Origin: Candidatus Falkowbacteria bacterium
GTDB lineage: Bacteria; Patescibacteriota; Patescibacteriia; JAACEG01
DNA: 64,000 nt
Assembly: GCA_018651725.1 (NCBI GenBank)
Contig: JABIDK010000014.1
Span: 70,625-134,624, forward strand
Direction of reading: 5' to 3'
In this document: positions 36,999-46,941 of the stretch, in pieces
Position numbering within the stretch: position 1 is the stretch's first letter
Layout: every line of letters begins with the position of its first letter
The notes under the pieces: model-generated
Told to the model about the DNA's origin: nothing
The model's database searches: none
Seen by the model: the letters and a program-made list of their open reading frames with translations, nothing else
Position numbers and translations under genes: made by a program

Positions 36999-38978
36999 TT
37001 GATGATTAATAATATGTTTAAAACAACTACAAACCACAAACCACAAATCACAAACCACAACGGTTTCTCCCTTATTGAAGTTCTTTTAGCCGGATCTATT
37101 TTTGCCTTAGCTGTAACTGCTCTTGTTGGGGCTTTTATTTTTGGGCAAGAAAGTACAATGCAGGCCGGTGTAAGAAGTAGGGCAGTATTTTTAATTGAAG
37201 AAGAGGCAGAGGCGCTTCGTTCTATTCGTGACGGTGCTTGGAATGAGCTTACTTATACTCAGAGTGCTGTTGAAATAAGTGATAATAAATGGATTTTTTC
37301 CGGCGAAGGAACAGATGAAACAGTAGGAGATTATACACGCTCTATAATTTTTGAAGATGTTTGTCGGGATAGCTCTCATGATATTGTTAGTTGTCCGGGT
37401 GATTATACAGATGAACAATCTAAAAAAGCAACTATTGAAGTTACTTGGACCGAGGCCAAAGTCGGTTCACAATCAATTAGTCAAGAGATATATCTGACAA
37501 ATTGGGACTCTCGTCATTTTGAGCAAACAAATTGGGTTGGTGGCAGTGGTCAAAGTACTTGGTCGGATAGTACAAGATATTTAAGCGATAATGGAAATAT
37601 AGACGTTTCAACAACTGGAGCTATTAAGTTAAATAGTATAGAAGAAGAAGAGTGTGCAACGAATACTTGGTCCTTTAACGATGGAGGTAATTACACCTTT
37701 GATTCGAATGACATTGAAGTTACCGGCGGCGTAGCACAGTTAAAGTCAGCTGAAGAAACCCAGAGTGGACAAACTGTAAATTCAGCCTTTAACACAAGCT
37801 CTAATTGGACAAGTGGAAACTGGGCATATAGCTCAGGAGATTATGTAAATAATCAACGAATGAGTTCGAATGGCAATCCAAGCTATTGGGTTTATAGTCA
37901 TATCAGGCTGAATAACAACGATACAGCCGGTGGGTACTGGCAGCAAAGTTTTGTTACTACGGTAGATAATCCAGATATTGTTACTTTAGAATTTGATTAT
38001 CAGCCGTATTATCTAACCGTAAGTCCAGGAGATCGGGCATGGTTTTATGTTTTTGTGGAAACAACTTCCGGAGCCCCGTCTAGTATTGGAAACGCTATTT
38101 GGTCTCATGAGTTTACTGGTAGTGACAGTAGAATGGTGTGGGTGGAAGATATTTCCGTTGATGCGTCAAGTAAGGTTGGAGCAGCCGGAACATACTATGT
38201 GAAAATGGCTATGTGGTTTGATACGGCTTATGTTGCTCCTGATGCTTATGGGAATGTGCCGGATCGTTATACATTAGGAGGTTATGATAATGTGACACTT
38301 TCTTGGTCAAATACTTCTTCCAGTTATCCTATTGACGAGCCTTCTATTAACCCAAATAATTCTTATGAGCCAAGTTCTATTGATTCCTGGGCAGGCTTTA
38401 GTGAAACAGCTACAAAAAACGGAGGAGAAATTTATTATCAACTTTCAGATGGATCTGGCTGGAAATATTGGAACGGAAGCAGCTGGACAACGGCTGGAGC
38501 AAGCGACTATAATACAGTTAGTGTTGTTAATAGTAATATCTCAGAATTTAGTGCAGCTACACAAAGCATTATGTTTAAAGCATTCTTAGAAAGTAATGGA
38601 ACGCAGCTTGTTAAATTGGATGATATTAGTATCGAGTGTGATGCGAGTGAAAGCGGGGGTGGCGGATATGTCACTAGTGGAGAATTAATTTCTTCAGCTT
38701 ATGATGCCGGGGCAACATCGCGAGCAGTTCAATCCATTGAATGGGATGAGATAATTCCATCTTGTTCACCTGCCTGTGATGTTACTTTTCAAATTAAATC
38801 AGCAACCACAGAAGGAGGTCTAAGCTCAGCAAGTTGGAGTAGTAGTTATACTGATCCGGATGGAAATATATTATCAACCTCACATAATGCAAATAGATGG
38901 CTACAATACAAAACTATTCTAACCGGAGACGGAACAGAGACACCAACCTTAGAAGAGATAAGACTAAACTATAAATAG
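36999..38978 (+). CDS. Large (659 aa) pilin-like protein with an N-terminal prepilin methylation motif; candidate tip adhesin
   Basis: G|FSLIEVLLAGSIFALAV follows a 22-aa leader. The rest is rich in Ser/Thr/Trp/Gly/Asn. Confidence 0.65.
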   Translation: MMINNMFKTTTNHKPQITNHNGFSLIEVLLAGSIFALAVTALVGAFIFGQESTMQAGVRSRAVFLIEEEAEALRSIRDGAWNELTYTQSAVEISDNKWIFSGEGTDETVGDYTRSIIFEDVCRDSSHDIVSCPGDYTDEQSKKATIEVTWTEAKVGSQSISQEIYLTNWDSRHFEQTNWVGGSGQSTWSDSTRYLSDNGNIDVSTTGAIKLNSIEEEECATNTWSFNDGGNYTFDSNDIEVTGGVAQLKSAEETQSGQTVNSAFNTSSNWTSGNWAYSSGDYVNNQRMSSNGNPSYWVYSHIRLNNNDTAGGYWQQSFVTTVDNPDIVTLEFDYQPYYLTVSPGDRAWFYVFVETTSGAPSSIGNAIWSHEFTGSDSRMVWVEDISVDASSKVGAAGTYYVKMAMWFDTAYVAPDAYGNVPDRYTLGGYDNVTLSWSNTSSSYPIDEPSINPNNSYEPSSIDSWAGFSETATKNGGEIYYQLSDGSGWKYWNGSSWTTAGASDYNTVSVVNSNISEFSAATQSIMFKAFLESNGTQLVKLDDISIECDASESGGGGYVTSGELISSAYDAGATSRAVQSIEWDEIIPSCSPACDVTFQIKSATTEGGLSSASWSSSYTDPDGNILSTSHNANRWLQYKTILTGDGTETPTLEEIRLNYK

Positions 38979-38981
38979 TTT

Positions 38982-39506
38982 ATGAAGCAAGATAATTTAT
39001 CAATTTCAAATTCCAACGCTTTCACTCTTATTGAACTTATTTTGTATATTGGAATAGCAAGCATATTACTTGTTACAATATCAAGTTTTTTATTTATACT
39101 TTTAGAGTCAAGGGTAAAAAATCAAACCATTGCCGAGGTTGAACAGCAAGGAATTCAGGCTATGCAAATAATTACTCAAACGATTCGGGATGCTGAGGGG
39201 GTTAATTCACCAACCCAAGGCACAAGCGGATCAACTTTATCACTTGATGTTATAACCGCCGGGAACGACCCAACTGTTTTTGATCTTTCAAGTAATACGC
39301 TTCAAATAACCGAAGGATCCGGAGGTGCTGTTTCAATTACAAATTCAAGGATCATTGTTTCTGATTTAACTTTTCGTAACTTATCTTATTCAAATGCTCA
39401 AGGAGCAATAAAAATTGAGTTCACGTTAACCCATATTAATCCGGAGGGAAGACAGGAGTATGGTTATTCAAAAACTTTTTATGGTTCAGCCTCGATCAGA
39501 AAATAG
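38982..39506 (+). CDS. Type IV pilin-like protein (minor pilin)
   Basis: 174 aa. It has an N-terminal SNA|FTLIELILYIGIASILLV class-III signal-like segment, with A instead of G at position -1. Confidence 0.55.
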   Translation: MKQDNLSISNSNAFTLIELILYIGIASILLVTISSFLFILLESRVKNQTIAEVEQQGIQAMQIITQTIRDAEGVNSPTQGTSGSTLSLDVITAGNDPTVFDLSSNTLQITEGSGGAVSITNSRIIVSDLTFRNLSYSNAQGAIKIEFTLTHINPEGRQEYGYSKTFYGSASIRK

Positions 39507-39891
39507 TAATAAAGGCTATATTATGCTTTTAAGTATTCTTATTATCAGTGCGATTGGGTCGGCAATCGCTGTTTCATTGTTATTGCTTGGGCTTAGTTCT
39601 TCACAAAACAGTTTCTCCTTACAGCAATCTTATCAAGCTAAATCTTTAGCCGATACTTGCGCAGAAGAAGGTTTAGAGCAGATTAGAAATTTATCTTCTT
39701 TCACAGGGGCTGGTAATTTGACTTTAAGTAATGGCACTTGCTCTTATACAGTTGCAAATTTAGGAGGAGAAAACAGAACTGTTTCAGCAATCGGTTATGT
39801 TGGAGATTTAACAAAGAGAATAAAGGTGGTAATAGACCAAATTAACCCGCAAATAAATATTATTTCCTGGCAAGAGGTAGCAGGGTTTTGA
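39460..39891 (+). CDS. Pilin-like/PilX-like membrane-anchored protein
   Basis: 143 aa. It has an N-terminal hydrophobic helix (GYIMLLSILIISAIGSAIAVSLLLLG) but no Glu at position +5. It overlaps the upstream gene by 47 nt. Confidence 0.4.
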   Translation: MVIQKLFMVQPRSENSNKGYIMLLSILIISAIGSAIAVSLLLLGLSSSQNSFSLQQSYQAKSLADTCAEEGLEQIRNLSSFTGAGNLTLSNGTCSYTVANLGGENRTVSAIGYVGDLTKRIKVVIDQINPQINIISWQEVAGF

Positions 39892-39953
39892 TTTTTTTTA
39901 AATTGTGTTATTATATAAGAGTCAAAAGTCATACCACTTTCGACTGATGCCTT

Positions 39954-40058
39954 ATGACTAAAAGAGAAAGAATACTTTTAATAATCAATATTTTTCTTTT
40001 AACTATTTTTATAGTTACATTTTTTGCGTCGTTTGGCGTGGCGATTTGGTTTTTTTAA
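39954..40058 (+). CDS. Possible 34-aa single-TM micropeptide (MTKRERILLIINIFLLTIFIVTFFASFGVAIWFF)
   Basis: A short ORF found by eye in the 238-nt gap between pilin genes. It falls below the ORF-track length cutoff. Confidence 0.2.
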   Translation: MTKRERILLIINIFLLTIFIVTFFASFGVAIWFF

Positions 40059-40129
40059 TTCATAGAGTTATTAATTAATTTTAAATTATAAAATTTTATT
40101 AAAATCTTATAGTTTAATAAAAAAAATAT

Positions 40130-40597
40130 ATGAAAATAAACTGTAAAAAACAAGAAGGGTTTACCTTGTTGGAAATTCTTTTGGTAGTAGCGGCAATTGC
40201 TATTTTAGCCGGAATAGTCATTGTGGCAATTAATCCTTCAAAACAACTGGCTGATACAAGAAATGCACAGAGACGCGCTAATGTTAACACTATTTTAAAC
40301 GCTGTTTACCAGTACGCTCTTGACAATAGTGGTACATTGCCGGCTAGTATTCCAACATCCTCTACTTGCTCAACAACAGCTACCAATGAAGTTTGTGTTA
40401 CCGATGGTACCTGTACAAGCTTGGTTGACTTGTCTGTCATCACTGCTAGTGAAACTTATTTGACCTCTATTCCGACCGATCCAACAGGGTCCACCACTAA
40501 CGGTGCAGGATACCATATCGCGAAAAGCTCAAATGGTCGCGTAACAGTTTGTGCTCCTGACGCCGAGCAAAGCGCCACTATCAGTGTTACTAGGTAG
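40130..40597 (+). CDS. pilA: Major type IVa pilin (PilA-like)
   Basis: 155 aa. Leader [10 protein letters not shown]|[24 protein letters not shown]. Four Cys lie in the C-terminal half, consistent with disulfide-bonded loops. The region is rich in Thr/Ser. Confidence 0.8.
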   Translation: MKINCKKQEGFTLLEILLVVAAIAILAGIVIVAINPSKQLADTRNAQRRANVNTILNAVYQYALDNSGTLPASIPTSSTCSTTATNEVCVTDGTCTSLVDLSVITASETYLTSIPTDPTGSTTNGAGYHIAKSSNGRVTVCAPDAEQSATISVTR

Positions 40598-40607
40598 ATT
40601 TTAAGTT

Positions 40608-41039
40608 ATGCGTTCAGAGAAAAATAAAAAAATAATTAAAAATATAATAGAACCATTTTTATTTTTAGCTGGTTTTTTAGGTGGCTATCTTTTTGCTCGT
40701 CAATTAAGCTGTAGAGGGTATAAGCATTTTTCAGTTTTGTCACAAGAAATCGGTTATATTTTTGTGATTTTAGGACTTTTGCTTTATATTTATTATTTAT
40801 CTAAAGAATCTAAAAGAAACAAAGAAAAACTTATTTTGCAAAATTTAAATCTTAAAAAGGCTAAAAAGTCTGCGGAAGAAGATGAAAAATCTGTTGAAAA
40901 AAGTAAAACTGATATTGAAAACTCTTTGCAACAAGTAGAAAAAAGTAAAGAAGAATTGGAAAAAATGAACGAAATGATGATCGGTAGAGAGTTAAAGATG
41001 ATAGAGTTAAAAAAAGAAATAGAGAAATTAAAAAAATAA
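40608..41039 (+). CDS. Hypothetical membrane protein with a C-terminal coiled-coil
   Basis: 143 aa with two transmembrane segments followed by a K/E-rich heptad region. Confidence 0.4.
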   Translation: MRSEKNKKIIKNIIEPFLFLAGFLGGYLFARQLSCRGYKHFSVLSQEIGYIFVILGLLLYIYYLSKESKRNKEKLILQNLNLKKAKKSAEEDEKSVEKSKTDIENSLQQVEKSKEELEKMNEMMIGRELKMIELKKEIEKLKK

Positions 41040-41043
41040 TTAT

Positions 41044-41355
41044 ATGAACCAAAATATTGATTTAAACGAAGTTACCACACCTCTGATGGTAAGGGATGCC
41101 ATTATAAAATGTTTTAATGAAGCTCATTGCGCTGATGCCGGCGTTGAAGGCGACAAGCAGTTAAACGAAAATTATTGTCGTAGTATTGTAGAAAAAGCTT
41201 TTAAAGATGTGGGTGGAGATTTTAATAAACCCACTAGGGTGGCCATTATAGGTGTATTGGATAAATTGGCCGAGTTTGCTAAAAATTTTCGCGACAAAAG
41301 TATGATTGAAAAACATTATAATGGAATGATAAAGATGGTCAAGAGAATGAAATAG
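41044..41355 (+). CDS. Hypothetical protein
   Basis: 103-aa ORF, tightly spaced with its neighbours. Confidence 0.35.
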   Translation: MNQNIDLNEVTTPLMVRDAIIKCFNEAHCADAGVEGDKQLNENYCRSIVEKAFKDVGGDFNKPTRVAIIGVLDKLAEFAKNFRDKSMIEKHYNGMIKMVKRMK

Positions 41356-41366
41356 AAATTTTTTAA

Positions 41367-43706
41367 ATGAAAATAAAAACAAAAATTTTTTTAATTGTTG
41401 CTTTTTTTGCCTTACTTTCCATAGTTGTTGTAGCCGGTGTTTTTAATTATTTTTACGTTGATTCTTTGAATAAAGAAATTAGCGAACATTTGCGGAATAT
41501 AACTTACGCAAAAAGTCTCCATGTTGACACTATCTTAACAGGAAAAATAGAAAAAGTTGAATTATTAACAAGAGGAGCCGTACTATTTTCAGAAATTTTA
41601 AAAACTCCCATAGGTAGCGAGGGGTATAGTGAAAATTTTATCAAAGTTCAAAATAGATTAAAGCAAATTTCACAAGATAATTTTTACGAAGTCAGCTTAC
41701 TTAATAATAAAGGAGTTATAATTTCCTCAAATAACAGTGAGAGAATAGGTGAAGATAGGTCCGGGCATAAATATTTTTCTAAACCAAGAAATAAAATATT
41801 TATATCTAAAGTTTATTTCTGCGATACCAGCCAGCAATATGCGCTGGCTATTTTTGTACCTATTTTTGATGTTGATAATAAAGAAAAAGTAGTAGGAACA
41901 TTTGTTGCTAAAACAGGTATAGATGATATAAGTAATATAGTGACAAATGAATTTAAAGAAAATAGAGAGTTTTATTTAATTGACAAAGATAGGCTAATGG
42001 TAACACAGTCAAGATTTATTGAAGACAGTATTTTAAAACAAAAAATTGACTCAAGAACCGCACAGGATTGTTTTGCGCTTAAAGAAAATTATTCTCTTGG
42101 GCATAATCTTGAAGATAAGATTGTTGTTCCTTATATGAATTATCGAGGGAGATCGGTTATTGGGCATTATGCCTATTTTCCTCAGATGAACTGGTGTTTA
42201 ATCGCCGAGATTGAAGAGGATGAAGCGTTGGCTCCGTTACAACAAGCATGGAAATTTGGAATAATATTAATTGGTATTATGGCTGTTTTTATTTTATCTT
42301 TGTCTAAAGTAATGGGAAATAGAATCAGTCGTCCGATTGAAGATCTAACAAAAAATGTAAAAAAAATACAACAAGGGGATTTGAGTAGTAAAATTATTAC
42401 TAAAACAGAAGATGAAATAGGAGTATTAGCAAAAGTTTTTGATAAAATGAGAATAACACTGAAGGATTCTTTAGATAATATTAATAAAAAAGTTAAACAA
42501 CAAACAGCTTCGCTTGAACAAAAACAAGTTACAATGGAGAACCAGCAAAAAGCTTTAGTTAATATTTTGGGAGATATTGAAGAAGAAAAAGAAAAAACAC
42601 AGTTTTTAGCTCATGATTTGGAAAAATTTAAACTGGCCGTGGATAATACCTCTGACCATGTGGTAATTACCAATACGGAAGGAATAGTTTTGTATGCTAA
42701 CCGAGCAGCCGAAGAAATGACTGGTTTTAACTTAAAAGAAATTCTTGGAGAAAAAGCCGGTGTATTTAATAAAAGAAAAAAATTAGTTGGTCAAGAGTTT
42801 TGTGATAATTTGTCAAAACAAGTGTTAAAAAATAAAAATTCATTTTTAGGGGGAACCAAAAGAAAAAGAAAGAACAAAGAAGAATACGACGCGCTTGTCA
42901 GTGTTTTTCCTATTTTAGATAAAAAAGAGAACGTATTGTTTTTTGTTGATATAGAAAAAGATATTACTAAAGAAAGAGAAATTGATCAAGCTAAAACAGA
43001 GTTTGTTTCTTTAGCAAGTCATCAACTTCGGACACCTCTTTCAGCAATCAATTGGTATACGGAAATGCTCTTAGACGGTGATGCCGGAAAAATAAATAAA
43101 GCGCAAAAAGAATATTTACAAGAGGTCTCCAAGGGTAGCAGAAGAATGGTTGATTTGGTAAACTCACTTTTAAATGTTTCCAGATTAGAACTCGGAACAT
43201 TTACGGTTGAACCGGAGTTAACAGATATTAAAATTCTTGCCAAGGAAATGGTTAAAGAGTTAACTCCAAAAGTTAAAAAGAAAAAATTAAAGTTAACTGA
43301 AAAATATGACGCTAAATTGTCAAAAATGCAGTTGGATAAAAAATTAGTGACAATGATATTTCAAAATTTATTGTCTAATGCAGTTAAATATACTCCCGAA
43401 AAAGGCAGCATTAGTTTAAAGATTTTAAAGAAAAAAAAGTTTGTTGAGATTACTGTAGCTGACACCGGCATGGGAATTCCCAAATCTCAACAGCATAAAA
43501 TATTTTCAAAGTTATTTAGAGCTGACAACGTTAAAGAAGCAGACTCTGAAGGAACAGGTCTGGGTCTTTATATTATTAAATCAATCGTAGATCATTCCGG
43601 CGGGCAAATATCTTTTATCTCAAGAAAGAACAAAGGAACAACTTTTAGTGTCAAAATTCCTTTAAGCGGGATGAGGAGAAGAGGAGGTACTAAACAATTA
43701 GGTTAA
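41367..43706 (+). CDS. Sensor histidine kinase (N-terminal TM, extracellular Cache-like domain, HAMP, PAS, HisKA, HATPase_c)
   Basis: 779 aa. The H-box is FVSLASHQLRTPL. N, G1 and G2 boxes are present (NLLSNAVKYT, DTGMGIP, GTGLGL). Confidence 0.85.
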   Translation: MKIKTKIFLIVAFFALLSIVVVAGVFNYFYVDSLNKEISEHLRNITYAKSLHVDTILTGKIEKVELLTRGAVLFSEILKTPIGSEGYSENFIKVQNRLKQISQDNFYEVSLLNNKGVIISSNNSERIGEDRSGHKYFSKPRNKIFISKVYFCDTSQQYALAIFVPIFDVDNKEKVVGTFVAKTGIDDISNIVTNEFKENREFYLIDKDRLMVTQSRFIEDSILKQKIDSRTAQDCFALKENYSLGHNLEDKIVVPYMNYRGRSVIGHYAYFPQMNWCLIAEIEEDEALAPLQQAWKFGIILIGIMAVFILSLSKVMGNRISRPIEDLTKNVKKIQQGDLSSKIITKTEDEIGVLAKVFDKMRITLKDSLDNINKKVKQQTASLEQKQVTMENQQKALVNILGDIEEEKEKTQFLAHDLEKFKLAVDNTSDHVVITNTEGIVLYANRAAEEMTGFNLKEILGEKAGVFNKRKKLVGQEFCDNLSKQVLKNKNSFLGGTKRKRKNKEEYDALVSVFPILDKKENVLFFVDIEKDITKEREIDQAKTEFVSLASHQLRTPLSAINWYTEMLLDGDAGKINKAQKEYLQEVSKGSRRMVDLVNSLLNVSRLELGTFTVEPELTDIKILAKEMVKELTPKVKKKKLKLTEKYDAKLSKMQLDKKLVTMIFQNLLSNAVKYTPEKGSISLKILKKKKFVEITVADTGMGIPKSQQHKIFSKLFRADNVKEADSEGTGLGLYIIKSIVDHSGGQISFISRKNKGTTFSVKIPLSGMRRRGGTKQLG

Positions 43707-43727
43707 TTAATTTAAAATATCAATCCT

Positions 43728-44162
43728 ATGAAAAGTAATTCAGGTTATAAAATTGAATGGAAGGATGAATATAGTGTCGGAGTTAAAGAGATTGATAAGC
43801 AACATCAAAAATTAGTTGATTTGATAAATAAAACCATCGATGCTGTACATGCAAAAAATATGAAATTAGTCCTTGAGTCTGTTATTGATGAAATGGAAGA
43901 ATATGTGATAGTTCATTTTTCAACAGAAGAAAAATATTTTAAAAAGTTTAAATATGTAAATACTAAAAGCCATATGCAAGAGCATAAGATTTTTGTAGAT
44001 AGGGTTGGTTATTTTAAAAATAAAATATTAAAAGCAAAACAAGAAGATGTTTTGGCGTTAATATATGAAGTAATTGATTACCTGGAGGATTGGTTAATTA
44101 GACATATAATAGAGAATGATCAAAAATATATTAAATGTTTTAAAAAACACGGACTTTCTTAA
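43728..44162 (+). CDS. Hemerythrin-like (HHE cation-binding) domain protein
   Basis: 144 aa. His/Glu ligand pattern H..LV...N ... HF..EE..F....Y......H..EH ... E.WL..HI.. D is as in bacteriohemerythrins. Confidence 0.7.
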   Translation: MKSNSGYKIEWKDEYSVGVKEIDKQHQKLVDLINKTIDAVHAKNMKLVLESVIDEMEEYVIVHFSTEEKYFKKFKYVNTKSHMQEHKIFVDRVGYFKNKILKAKQEDVLALIYEVIDYLEDWLIRHIIENDQKYIKCFKKHGLS

Positions 44163-44205
44163 AAAAGAAAATAAAAGTAAAAAATAAATTAATTATAAGA
44201 AATTT

Positions 44206-44613
44206 ATGAAAAAGCTAGCGCAAGTCAAAACAATTTTAGTCGTAGAGGATGAAATGCCTTTGCAAAAAGCTATTCGAATAAAACTGGAAAAAAATAATTT
44301 TTCCGTGGTTACAGCCAGGAACGTAAAACAAGCTATAAATCATTTAAAAGACATTGAGGGCATAGAAGCGATTTGGCTTGATCATTATCTTTTAGGGAAA
44401 GAAACCGGACTTGATTTTGTGGTTAAGTTAAAAGATGATAAAAATTGGAAAAAAATTCCTTTATTTATAATTTCCAATACTGCTAGTCCAAGAAAAGTAC
44501 AAAATTATATAAAACTGGGAATAAATAAGTATTACACAAAATCAGATCATCGTCTTGATCAAATTATCTCTGATATCACAAAAGGGCTGAAACCGAAAAG
44601 GAAATGTAAGTAA
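44206..44613 (+). CDS. Stand-alone response regulator receiver domain
   Basis: 135 aa. It has an acidic pocket (VVEDE), the phospho-acceptor in IWLDHYL, and a conserved Lys (YYTKS). Confidence 0.75.
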   Translation: MKKLAQVKTILVVEDEMPLQKAIRIKLEKNNFSVVTARNVKQAINHLKDIEGIEAIWLDHYLLGKETGLDFVVKLKDDKNWKKIPLFIISNTASPRKVQNYIKLGINKYYTKSDHRLDQIISDITKGLKPKRKCK

Positions 44614-44654
44614 AAATTGACTTTTGTTAATATTGGGTTAGTATAGAAATTACT

Positions 44655-46394
44655 ATGAGTAATAAGATACAAAACAATTTAGAAATTATGCGTCATTCTT
44701 TGGCGCATATTTTAATGCAGGCTCTTGAGAATTTATATGGAGCTATTCCCGGGGTTGGTCCGGCTATTGAGGATGGTTTTTATCATGATTTTGATGCTAA
44801 GCATCAAGTTGTTTTAGATAACTTGCCTAAAATAGAAGAAGAGATGAAAAGAATAATTAAAGAAAATTATAAGATAGAAAAAGAAGAGATGAAAATTAAA
44901 AACGGAACAAAATTTTTAAAAGATAAAAAGTATAAATACACTTTAGAGCTGGCTAAGGACTTAGAAAAAGACAATGAAAAGAAAATTACTTTTTACAAAC
45001 AAGGAGGTTTTATTAATATGTGCAAGGGTCCACATGTGGAATTTACTGGAAAAATAAATCCAAAAGCTTTCAAGTTAACAAAGGTAGCTGGGGCTTACTG
45101 GAAGGGTTCAGAAAAAAATAAAATGATTCAGAGAATTTATGGTTTGGCCTTTGAAAGTCCTAAAGACTTAAGGAAACATATTGCCATGCTTGAAGAAGCA
45201 AAAAAAAGAGATCACCGAAAAATAGGTAAAGAAATGGGCTTGTTTAGTCTGCACGAGGAAGGCCCGGGCTTTCCTTTTTGGCATCCAAGCGGGGCTGTTC
45301 TATATACTGAACTCGAATCTTTTATTAGGCAGGAAAATTTAAAAAGAGATTACAGCGAAGTTAAAACACCGATGATTTTAAATAAAAAATTATGGGTGAC
45401 TTCCGGGCATTGGGAGAAGTTTAAAGAAGATATGTATTTTACAGAAATTGACAAAGACGAATATGCGGTCAAGCCTATGAACTGTCCAGGAGGGCTTTTG
45501 ATTTACAAAGAAAATAAGCACTCTTATCGAGAGCTTCCGATTCGTAACGCTGAGCTTGGCTTGGTACATCGCCATGAACTTTCCGGTGTTTTGCATGGAC
45601 TTTTTAGAGTGCGCGCTTTTACCCAGGACGACGCCCATTCTTTTTGTACAACTTCTCAATTAAACAGTGAAATTATTGATATGGTTGATTATGCAATGGA
45701 TGTTTATTCTCAATTTGGATTTAAAGAATACGAAATCTTTATTGCTACCAGGCCGGAAAAATATATTGGAACAGATAAAGAATGGGATAGTGCTACAAAA
45801 GCTTTGGAAAAAGCTTTGAAGAAAAAGAAAATAAAATATAATATCAAAGAAGGAGAAGGTGCTTTTTACGGACCGAAAATTGAGTTTAATATTAAAGACT
45901 CTATCGGACGCAATTGGCAGTGCGGAACTGTTCAGGTTGATTTTTCAATGCCAAAAAGATTTGATGCAGTTTATACGGATAAAGACGGAAAAGAAAAAAT
46001 CCCGGTAATGGTGCATCGAGCAATCTTAGGATCTTTGGAAAGATTTCTAGGAATCTTAATTGAACATTATGCCGGTATTTTCCCGGTTTGGCTATCGCCA
46101 ATACAAGTTAAAATTATCGCTGTTGGAGAAGGTCATATTGAATATTGTCAGAAATTTGCCAGCGAATTTAAAGAAAAAAATATTAGAGTTGAAGTGGATT
46201 CATCTGACGAAACAGTGGGTAATAAAATTAGAAAAGCAGCTCAAGAAAAAGTTCCATATATGTTGGTAGTCGGAGACAAGGAGATGAAAGGCAAAAAATT
46301 AAGTGTTCGTGATCGAGGACAAAAACAGACCAGAGAAGTGAAAAAACAAGATTTTATAGCCGAAATACTGGACAAGATCGAAAAAAAGTGCTAA
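44655..46394 (+). CDS. thrS: Threonyl-tRNA synthetase (no N-terminal TGS domain)
   Basis: 579 aa. It has class II motifs (FRVRAFTQDDAH, GPKIEF...), zinc-site residues and an anticodon-binding C-terminus. Confidence 0.9.
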   Translation: MSNKIQNNLEIMRHSLAHILMQALENLYGAIPGVGPAIEDGFYHDFDAKHQVVLDNLPKIEEEMKRIIKENYKIEKEEMKIKNGTKFLKDKKYKYTLELAKDLEKDNEKKITFYKQGGFINMCKGPHVEFTGKINPKAFKLTKVAGAYWKGSEKNKMIQRIYGLAFESPKDLRKHIAMLEEAKKRDHRKIGKEMGLFSLHEEGPGFPFWHPSGAVLYTELESFIRQENLKRDYSEVKTPMILNKKLWVTSGHWEKFKEDMYFTEIDKDEYAVKPMNCPGGLLIYKENKHSYRELPIRNAELGLVHRHELSGVLHGLFRVRAFTQDDAHSFCTTSQLNSEIIDMVDYAMDVYSQFGFKEYEIFIATRPEKYIGTDKEWDSATKALEKALKKKKIKYNIKEGEGAFYGPKIEFNIKDSIGRNWQCGTVQVDFSMPKRFDAVYTDKDGKEKIPVMVHRAILGSLERFLGILIEHYAGIFPVWLSPIQVKIIAVGEGHIEYCQKFASEFKEKNIRVEVDSSDETVGNKIRKAAQEKVPYMLVVGDKEMKGKKLSVRDRGQKQTREVKKQDFIAEILDKIEKKC

Positions 46395-46456
46395 GATAAT
46401 TCTATTGTAAAAAATAGGTTTTACAATAAAATGAACCTTTAAAACAGGAGAAAAAC

Positions 46457-46705
46457 ATGGCAGAAAGTAAAGTTTACATCGAAGGAACCAGGGGAGAGAA
46501 GTTCGGTGTAGAACATTTCGCACAGAACTCAACAAAAGAAGCGTTAAACTCTGTTGTTGATAATTGTTTTTTTGACGATTTTAAAAAAGTACAAATTGTC
46601 AAATATCATGAAAATAGTCTTCGTGAAGTAGTTTACGATGATGAATATATAGAAGGTCAGCTAAAACAAGAGCTGGCAAGATTTAGAGATATTACTATTG
46701 CCTAG
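46457..46705 (+). CDS. Hypothetical small protein
   Basis: 82 aa with a GGAG ribosome-binding site upstream. Confidence 0.35.
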   Translation: MAESKVYIEGTRGEKFGVEHFAQNSTKEALNSVVDNCFFDDFKKVQIVKYHENSLREVVYDDEYIEGQLKQELARFRDITIA

Positions 46706-46714
46706 GAGGTAATC

Positions 46715-46927
46715 GTGGAAAAGTTGAGAAGAGAACTATTGAAAATTATCACCGCTAATCCAGAAGGTATCTCTTGGGAGGGTATTAAACAAAGGTATTT
46801 TATAACTGGTATAGACGATAAGAAATTTGATGATGTGCAAAACGCATTAACCAAATTAGCTGAAGCAAGAAAAATTAGTATTCAGTGGATTCCTTGTCAG
46901 GGGACTAACTTGTATAGTCCTATATAA
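46715..46927 (+). CDS. Hypothetical small protein
   Basis: 70 aa. It starts 9 nt after the previous stop and may be co-translated. Confidence 0.35.
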   Translation: MEKLRRELLKIITANPEGISWEGIKQRYFITGIDDKKFDDVQNALTKLAEARKISIQWIPCQGTNLYSPI

Positions 46928-46941
46928 TCATCTTGCCATCA

